In this document: piece by piece, positions 1 through 5,695 of the stretch
How the letters are laid out: each line of letters starts with the position of its first letter
Position numbering within the stretch: position 1 is the stretch's first letter
NCBI GenBank assembly: GCA_023128135.1
Contig: JAGMEO010000001.1
Coordinates: 1-29,955 of the forward strand
Origin: Candidatus Bathyarchaeota archaeon
GTDB taxonomy: Archaea; Thermoproteota; Bathyarchaeia; RBG-16-48-13; JAGMEO01
Length of the DNA stretch: 29,955 nt
Direction: 5' to 3'
Made by a program: the position numbers and the translations under genes
Notes under the pieces: generated by a model
What the model was told of the DNA's origin: nothing
What the model saw: only the letters and a program-made list of their open reading frames with translations
Databases searched by the model: none

Positions 1-1887
1 TCGGAAGATTATAGAATTTTAACCCAAGCGACTTTCATAGAGCTTTGGAACAAAGGGTTAATATACGAATCAACTAGGCCAAACATTTACTGTATTCATT
101 GTAAAACAACAATTGCTGATGCAGAAGTTGAATATGAGGAGCTAATTACGCAACTAGTTTACATTAATTTTGACTTGAAAGACGGTAGACAAATAACAAT
201 AGCAACAACTCGTCCTGAATTGCTTTGTGCATGTCAGGCAATTATTTTCCATCCAGATGATGATAGGTATAAAAATCTTGAAGAAACAACAGCTATTCTT
301 CCAATTTACAACAGAGAGGTTTCTATTATTCAGAGCAAGGAGGCAAAGCCAGAGTTTGGAACTGGGCTTGCGATGATATGTAGTTATGGTGACTTTTCAG
401 ATGTTCGATTATTTAGAGAACTTGGTTTACAAGAAATAATTGCCATAAATGAAGAAGGAAAGATGACGGAAAATGCAGGAAAATATTCATTCCAATTAGT
501 TGAAGATGCAAGAATACAGATAATAAAAGATTTGAAAGAACAGGGTGCGGTTGTAAAGACAGAAGAAATTAAACATAGAACTCCTGTTTGTGGTAGAAGC
601 CGCACACCAATAGAAATAATTTCAATGAAAGAGTACTATCTGAAACAAATTGAATATCTTCCTAATATTCGAAAAATTGCTGAAAACATGCTATTCCATC
701 CAGAAAAACATAGACAAATATTATTGAACTGGATTGATTCTGTTACAATTGATTGGCCAATTTCTAGGAGAAGATATTACGGAACCGAAATACCAATATG
801 GTATTGCAAAGAATGCGATAAACCAAACATACCTAAATCAGGAAAATATTACCAACCTTGGAAAGAGAAACCGCCGTTCAAATCATGTCAGCACTGCGGG
901 AGTAAAAAAGGCTTCATAGGTGAAAATAGAATTTTTGATACTTGGATGGATTCAAGTGTATCACCACTTTTCATTTCTGGTTATTTGAGAGATAATAAAC
1001 ACTTTAAAAAAACATTCCCAAATACTTTAAGACCACAAGCAAAGGATATCGTGAGAACGTGGTTATTTTACACAATTCTTAGATGTTTTCAATTGACAAA
1101 TCAACCACCTTTCGATCGAGTATGGATTATGGGATTTGGTGTTGACGAGAAAGGAGAGAGGATGAGCAAAAGTAGGGGAAATGTTATAGATCCGTTTCCT
1201 ATTTTAAAGAAATATGGTGCTGACACATTTAGATTCTGGGGGGCTTCAGAAACAAGTCTAGGTTCTGATTTCAGATGTTCTGTACAAAAAATTGCGAGCG
1301 CCTCAAGGTTCTTAACCAAAATTTGGAATATATCCAGATTCATATCTAGTTTTCCAAAGCCAAAAGAAGTCAAGCTTACAAATACAGACAAATGGATTTT
1401 AGCTGAACTCAGTAACTTGATAAAAATTTCTCTAAAAGGATATAAAAGCTTCAATTTTTTCATTCCATCAAACACAATCCGGGAATTTGCCTGGAATTTA
1501 TTTGCTGCGCATTATATAGAAATAGTTAAAAAAAGGGCGTATGGCCAAGGATTTACAAAAGACGAGCAAAAAGCTGCTTGGTTCACTCTTCACACTTGTC
1601 TAAAAAATATTTTGTTATTGCTTGCTCCAATAACACCATTTATTACAGAGGTGATTTGGAAACAACTATATCACGAAAAGAGCATCCATGTAAACCAATT
1701 TCCAGAAATTAAATGGAAAACCGATTTATCAGAAATGACCAGCGATTTGATAAGATTTAATTCAAAGATTTGGAACGATAAGAAAGAAAAAGACTTGTCT
1801 CTAACAGAATCTATAAAAACAAAAATACCTGAAAAACTCAAACCATTCGAAAAAGACCTAATTCACATGCATAATATAACTACTTAG
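1..1887 (+). CDS. valS: Valyl-tRNA synthetase, 5'-truncated by the window edge
   Basis: Frame is open from base 1 (SEDYRILTQATFIELWNKGLIYESTRPNIYCIHCKTTIADAEVEY). Class I motifs ATTRPELL, DWPISRRRYYG, DTWMDS and KMSKS-like RMSKS, plus an anticodon-binding domain. Confidence 0.95.
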   Translation, partial: SEDYRILTQATFIELWNKGLIYESTRPNIYCIHCKTTIADAEVEYEELITQLVYINFDLKDGRQITIATTRPELLCACQAIIFHPDDDRYKNLEETTAILPIYNREVSIIQSKEAKPEFGTGLAMICSYGDFSDVRLFRELGLQEIIAINEEGKMTENAGKYSFQLVEDARIQIIKDLKEQGAVVKTEEIKHRTPVCGRSRTPIEIISMKEYYLKQIEYLPNIRKIAENMLFHPEKHRQILLNWIDSVTIDWPISRRRYYGTEIPIWYCKECDKPNIPKSGKYYQPWKEKPPFKSCQHCGSKKGFIGENRIFDTWMDSSVSPLFISGYLRDNKHFKKTFPNTLRPQAKDIVRTWLFYTILRCFQLTNQPPFDRVWIMGFGVDEKGERMSKSRGNVIDPFPILKKYGADTFRFWGASETSLGSDFRCSVQKIASASRFLTKIWNISRFISSFPKPKEVKLTNTDKWILAELSNLIKISLKGYKSFNFFIPSNTIREFAWNLFAAHYIEIVKKRAYGQGFTKDEQKAAWFTLHTCLKNILLLLAPITPFITEVIWKQLYHEKSIHVNQFPEIKWKTDLSEMTSDLIRFNSKIWNDKKEKDLSLTESIKTKIPEKLKPFEKDLIHMHNITT

Positions 1888-2012
1888 CTTACACATAATA
1901 ACTACTTTCAACCAGTGTGCTAATGAAACACTTGTGCGTACAATCTTTTGCTACGTCTATTCACATTACCTTTTTTGTTCCTAATTTATAGTTTAAAAGT
2001 ACGATGTAAAAC

Positions 2013-2120
2013 TGGTGGGCCCGGCGGGATTTGAACCCGCGTTCTCTGGCTCCGAAGGCTTACACCAGTGTAGCTTATCTACATCTGTCAGTGCCTTGAT
2101 CCAAACTAGGCTACGAACCC
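2013..2120 (-). tRNA. tRNA-Arg(UCG) with one non-canonical 29-nt intron at 29/30; CCA encoded
   Basis: Reverse complement GGGTTCG-TA-GCCT..AAGGC-A-CTG|intron|GC-CTTCGGA-GCCAG-AGAAC-GCGGG-TTCAAAT-CCCGC-CGGGCCC-A-CCA. Cloverleaf is complete only after intron removal (79 nt). Confidence 0.93.
2060..2088 (-). other. tRNA intron at 29/30 (BHB)
   Basis: ACAGATGTAGATAAGCTACACTGGTGTAA. Central helix GCAC/GTGT, bulges TG|A and AA|G, inner hairpin CAG-A-TGTAG/CTACA-CTG. Confidence 0.9.
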
Positions 2121-2287
2121 ACAAATCAGATGTGAAAAGCACCTAAAGAGATTTTCTATTTTCTTGAATAATATATGAATAATTGTAACAATTGAATAAA
2201 TCAGTGAAAATTGTTTAAATTATAGTTTATAATTATTTGAATTGAATCCTTTATCTTCACATTTTATTGTTAAAGGAGAATCATAAT

Positions 2288-3043
2288 ATGGGAGAGACAC
2301 ATTTACAAGATCTGCAATTCCGACTTATGACCATTGAATTACTTACTATCGCTAAGAAGAAGTATACTTACAGAGAATTAGCTTCTAAAACAGGGCTTCC
2401 TGTAACAGTCCTAAGTAGATATGTTAAGGGGCATGTTCTGCCAGGAGGAGGTAGAGCGCGAAAACTATGGGTAATTTTAAAGAAGCTTGTAGGACTAGAA
2501 GAAGAGCTTAGAAGAAGAATTAAGTTTGATGAATCAGGTTACTTCGACAACACATCAATTATAAGTGATATTGCTCTTTTAAAGCAAGCTGCACAATATG
2601 CTCTATCAAAATTTGCTGGAAGGCGAATTACTAAAGTATTAACTGTTGCGACGGACGGTATACCCTTAGCCACTGTAGTGGCTGACGCGTTAAATGTCGA
2701 TTTACTAATGGTTAAGAAGAATAAAGAAGTCGGAGTGAAAGACTTCATAGAGGAAACCTTTATTCCTGGTTTTTCAGATGTAATAACCTCTCTCTATTTG
2801 CCTAAAGGGGCTGTTAAAAGAGGGGACAGTGTTCTAATTGTAGATGATGTCATAAAAACTGGCGAAACACAACGAGCATTAATGGATATGATGAAAAAAG
2901 CAAGAGCCGAGGTTGCTGGTATTTATGCTCTTATAGCAATTGAAAATGATTGGTTGTCTAAACTGCAGAATACTCCTAAATGTCCAATTGAAGTTGTCAT
3001 AACCGTGCGACCACGAAAAATAAACAAGCGAAGACAAAAATAG
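2288..3043 (+). CDS. HTH-domain phosphoribosyltransferase (PurR-like regulator / adenine PRTase family)
   Basis: N-terminal HTH (YTYRELASKTGLPVTVLSRYVKG) and PRPP-binding loop VLIVDDVIKTGET. ATG 2288 chosen over TTG 2267. Confidence 0.8.
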   Translation: MGETHLQDLQFRLMTIELLTIAKKKYTYRELASKTGLPVTVLSRYVKGHVLPGGGRARKLWVILKKLVGLEEELRRRIKFDESGYFDNTSIISDIALLKQAAQYALSKFAGRRITKVLTVATDGIPLATVVADALNVDLLMVKKNKEVGVKDFIEETFIPGFSDVITSLYLPKGAVKRGDSVLIVDDVIKTGETQRALMDMMKKARAEVAGIYALIAIENDWLSKLQNTPKCPIEVVITVRPRKINKRRQK

Positions 3044-3158
3044 TTCATCACCTAAAGATAATGTGTTTATGAGTAACTTCTATTAAAGAAATTCAGTGTT
3101 AATCGCTATCAACTTTTTAAATTATGAGATCTGTGTTTTTATCTCTAGTCGTGATTTT

Positions 3159-3692
3159 ATGTCCGAAGAAATAATTGAAGCAAGTTTCAAAAAAAGCGGA
3201 GTCATAATTCCATCTCAAAAAGACGCTGATCTTTTGTATAAAAGCGGCTATGGGATTTTACATAAACAAGATGAAGGATCAATTTTAGGATCATGCGAAA
3301 CACTTCACTTAGTTGCTGAGAAACGGCTTCATGTAATTGATAATGAGAACCGTAAGGAACTAAATTTCCCAACGCTGCTTGAAAAGTTCCGAAGTAAAGA
3401 TGCAGAGATATGGACTAGATACCTAATTTACAGGGATCTTAGAAGTAGAGGCTATGTTGTTAGAGACGGATTCAGCTTTGGGATAGATTTCCGTTTATAC
3501 GAACGAGGCAAATATGGGGAACAAGCTGCAAAGTATATTGTCTTTGGTATATGTGAAGGAATTCCGACACCTATCAAGAAGCTTAGTGAGATTCTTCGAT
3601 TCGTTCAAAGTACAAAAAAGAGTCTCATTCTTGCGGTTGTGGATAGGAGAGGTGAGATCGTGTATTATTCACTTTCTAAACTTACTTTTTAA
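3159..3692 (+). CDS. endA: tRNA splicing endonuclease subunit, probably the structural (beta) subunit
   Basis: YLIYRDLRSRGYVVRDGFSFGIDFRLYERG and LILAVVDRRGEIVYY match the EndA C-terminal domain. The catalytic His position reads EQAAKY instead of xHSxY/HAxY. ATG 3159 chosen as start. Confidence 0.88.
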   Translation: MSEEIIEASFKKSGVIIPSQKDADLLYKSGYGILHKQDEGSILGSCETLHLVAEKRLHVIDNENRKELNFPTLLEKFRSKDAEIWTRYLIYRDLRSRGYVVRDGFSFGIDFRLYERGKYGEQAAKYIVFGICEGIPTPIKKLSEILRFVQSTKKSLILAVVDRRGEIVYYSLSKLTF

Positions 3693-3704
3693 TAGAGGAT
3701 AATT

Positions 3705-4550
3705 TTGTTAAAAGCAATTGGTTTCATCAAAGTAACAAGGATTATCAATTCCTTAATGATGGGGTTTGCTGTTTTAATAGGTGAAACCATTGCACTGAGA
3801 GGTAGCCCTCCTCATTTTATGAGTACTTTGCTTGGATTTACCACTGCTTTCACTTTAACTGGGGCTTCAATGGCTGTTAATGATTATTATGATAGGGCTG
3901 TCGATGCTGTGAACGAGCCTAACCGTCCAATACCTAGTGGGATAATTTCTCCAAAAGAAACCTTAGTATATGCTGCAGCATTAGTCATTATTGGTATGCT
4001 ATCAGCGTTTTTTACAAATTATGCTTGCCTTATAACTGCTGCGATTTCATTGGCTGTATCCATGTTTTATAATACAAAAGGTAAAGCATCAGGTTTAGCT
4101 GGGAACTTTATGGTCAGCTTCAGTGTGGCGATACCATTTGTATATGGAGGATTAGTTGTAAAACAGATTGTTAATCTATCACTTCTGCTTTTTTCCTCGA
4201 TGGCTTTTTTATCGAATACAGGTAGAGAAATAACAAAAGACATAGTGGACATTGAAGGGGACAAGATAAGGAATTTAAAAACAATCGCTTTAGTCTATGG
4301 TCCTAAAAAGGCTGCAATAGTAGCAGCATTTTTTTATATTTCTGCTGTTTTTTTTAGCGTTATCCCTATCTTTCTAAACTTGGTAACTTCTAGCTACATG
4401 CTTCCTGTTGCGGCATCTGATTTTGGTTTTATTTTTTGTTCAATGTTATTATTAAAAAATTTCTCAAGGGACAATGCTAGATTTATCAAAAACACCGTGT
4501 TAATTTGTATGATTGCTGGTTTGACAGCTTTCATTATAGGAATCTATTAA
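3705..4550 (+). CDS. UbiA-family prenyltransferase, likely digeranylgeranylglyceryl phosphate synthase
   Basis: Asp-rich motifs NDYYDRAVDAVNEPNRPIPSG and REITKDIVDIEGD, with multiple transmembrane helices. Confidence 0.85.
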   Translation: MLKAIGFIKVTRIINSLMMGFAVLIGETIALRGSPPHFMSTLLGFTTAFTLTGASMAVNDYYDRAVDAVNEPNRPIPSGIISPKETLVYAAALVIIGMLSAFFTNYACLITAAISLAVSMFYNTKGKASGLAGNFMVSFSVAIPFVYGGLVVKQIVNLSLLLFSSMAFLSNTGREITKDIVDIEGDKIRNLKTIALVYGPKKAAIVAAFFYISAVFFSVIPIFLNLVTSSYMLPVAASDFGFIFCSMLLLKNFSRDNARFIKNTVLICMIAGLTAFIIGIY

Positions 4551-4572
4551 CATTACTTCAAGTTGCAATAAC

Positions 4573-4671
4573 TGGCGGGCCCGCGGGGAATTGAACCCCG
4601 GATCTGCAGCTATCTTCCATGGGGGGTATCATTAGGAGGCTGCTGCCTTATCCAGACTAGGCCACGGGCCC
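4573..4671 (-). tRNA. tRNA-Arg(CCU) with 21-nt canonical intron (4612-4632); CCA encoded
   Basis: GGGCCCG-TG-GCCT..AGGC-A-GCAGC-CT-CCT-A|ATGATACCCCCCATGGAAGAT|A-GCTGC-AGATC-CGGGG-TTCAATT-CCCCG-CGGGCCC-G-CCA. Confidence 0.93.
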
Positions 4672-4781
4672 AAGGCTTCAAAAGTTTAGGGAATATAAAT
4701 TTATTGTCATTCTTTTCTCGTTGTTAGATAAGACAACGAATTTTGTTGTATCCGTGTGACCCAGGATGTTTGTTGGCGCCC

Positions 4782-4812
4782 TTCGGCAGGAGCGAATAGT
4801 TACTCACTCCTT
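4782..4812 (-). other. tRNA intron in the 3' strand of the acceptor stem (68/69), strict hBHBh'
   Basis: AAGGAGTGAGTAACTATTCGCTCCTGCCGAA. Central helix CGGC/GCCG, bulges CA|A and AA|G, 10-bp inner hairpin AGGAGTGAGT/ATTCGCTCCT, outer CC/GG. Confidence 0.9.
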
Positions 4813-4842
4813 TGGCCGGGATTTGAACCCGGGTCGAGCGGG

Positions 4843-4855
4843 ATCTGCGTTTTTT
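4843..4855 (-). other. Canonical 37/38 tRNA intron (BHL type, 13 nt)
   Basis: AAAAAACGCAGAT. CTGT/GCAG helix, bulges CG|A and AT|C. Confidence 0.88.
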
Positions 4856-5009
4856 CGACAGCCACTCATGTTAGACCTGACTGCACCACCAGGGCTATAT
4901 TTGATATGATGATTAGAAATTTGGAACTATATAGCTTATTTAAGCATTTACATACCTTTCCATCTCCCAAAAACATCAAAGAAAATAATTTTTGGTCCCG
5001 CGGGAGCGA

Positions 5010-5039
5010 GTTTCAGCTAAACATTAAATTGATTATGCT
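5010..5039 (-). other. T-loop tRNA intron at 59/60 (30 nt)
   Basis: AGCATAATCAATTTAATGTTTAGCTGAAAC. Helix TTCA/TGAA, bulges AA|A and AC|T, outer helix is the T-stem. Confidence 0.88.
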
Positions 5040-5061
5040 TTTGAACGCCCGACACTCCGGT

Positions 5062-5107
5062 GTCTGTTAGCTTGGTATGTTAAGTTTTGTCTATCTAAGG
5101 TAGACAT
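5062..5107 (-). other. Canonical 37/38 tRNA intron (46 nt, possibly a composite of two)
   Basis: CTGT/ACAG helix, bulges AG|A and AC|A. Confidence 0.85.
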
Positions 5108-5114
5108 CTACAGC

Positions 5115-5145
5115 GTCTCCGTCCTTTTCATTTGAAAAAGTGGCT
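5115..5145 (-). other. tRNA intron at 30/31 (31 nt)
   Basis: AGCCACTTTTTCAAATGAAAAGGACGGAGAC. Helix CTTC/GGAG, bulges CG|A and AC|G, inner hairpin CTTTTTC/GAAAAGG. Confidence 0.87.
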
Positions 5146-5201
5146 CGGAAGCTCTACCAAGCTGAGCTACCGCGGGATAAATCAAAGAAAATGAAAATTG
5201 G

Positions 5202-5215
5202 CATATAAATCTTCT
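5202..5215 (-). promoter_or_regulatory. Putative BRE/TATA for tRNA-Tyr
   Basis: Minus strand AAGAAGA-TTTATATG about 26-33 nt upstream of C1 (5176). Confidence 0.5.
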
Positions 5216-5298
5216 TTGATTTTAAACATCTATATTTTATCTCAGTTTTCAGAACAATAATAAGTAAGCTGAACATAAATCACGATATCTAATAACAC

Positions 5299-5305
5299 TT
5301 ATAAG
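5299..5305 (+). promoter_or_regulatory. Putative TATA box for tRNA-Lys
   Basis: TTATAAG about 35-40 nt upstream of G1 (5340). Confidence 0.4.
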
Positions 5306-5339
5306 TCAACTAGATTTTCTCTTTCGGTGAAAAACAAGT

Positions 5340-5416
5340 GGGCCCGTAGCTCAGCAAGGAAGAGCACCGGGCTTTTAACCCGGTGGTCCTGGGTTCAATT
5401 CCCAGCGGGCTCACCA
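5340..5416 (+). tRNA. tRNA-Lys(UUU), intron-less; CCA encoded
   Basis: GGGCCCG-TA-GCTC..GAGC-A-CCGGG-CT-TTT-AA-CCCGG-TGGTC-CTGGG-TTCAATT-CCCAG-CGGGCTC-A-CCA. Confidence 0.96.
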
Positions 5417-5695
5417 CAGATAATTCTCCCGTTGTTCTTCATGATTCAGTATAGTTGTCTAAGAATTGTGGAGATCAGTAAGCTAACACATCCCGGTGAG
5501 TCTACGATAAAGTTTATAAAGTTCTTGACGTTGCTACTTTTGTTAACTTTAGATTTAGAGGCAATCCCTCTTATGAAATTTGGATTTTTTAGACTAGGTG
5601 ACTTTCTAGTTAAATCTGTTTGGAGGAAATAAGTCCTTGATTACGAATTTGGGAATTAACGTCATTGAATTGCATGCACAGGGAGTTAATGCTAA

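Larger units (their letters stand above)
4774..4895 (-). tRNA. tRNA-Asp(GUC) with two introns: 13 nt at 37/38 (4843-4855) and 31 nt at 68/69 (4782-4812); CCA encoded
   Basis: After removing both introns: 78-nt cloverleaf with a perfect acceptor stem GCCCTGG/CCAGGGC, anticodon GTC, C38 and G73 (Asp identity elements). Confidence 0.93.
4993..5176 (-). tRNA. tRNA-Tyr(GUA) with three introns: 30/31 (5115-5145), 37/38 (5062-5107), 59/60 (5010-5039); CCA encoded
   Basis: 184-nt gene that splices to 77 nt: C1-G72, A73 (archaeal Tyr identity), stem TCCGG/CCGGA, loop CT-GTA-GA, T-loop restored to TTCAAAT. Confidence 0.92.

Noticed and set aside
4718-4739. 7-bp inverted repeat TCGTTGT/ACAACGA between tRNA-Asp and tRNA-Arg
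   Set aside because: Short and single; it could be a terminator hairpin but is not distinguishable from chance.
4756-5070. 104-aa plus-strand ORF
   Set aside because: Antisense to tRNA-Asp and tRNA-Tyr; an artefact of GC-rich tRNA sequence.
4774-5176. Split or permuted tRNA interpretation
   Set aside because: All exons are colinear, on one strand and in normal order; cis-introns explain everything.
5327-5632. 101-aa ORF, including an IVEI..GES stretch faintly like the RpoH C-terminus
   Set aside because: It overlaps tRNA-Lys, the spacing does not match, and there is no room for the RpoH N-terminal part.
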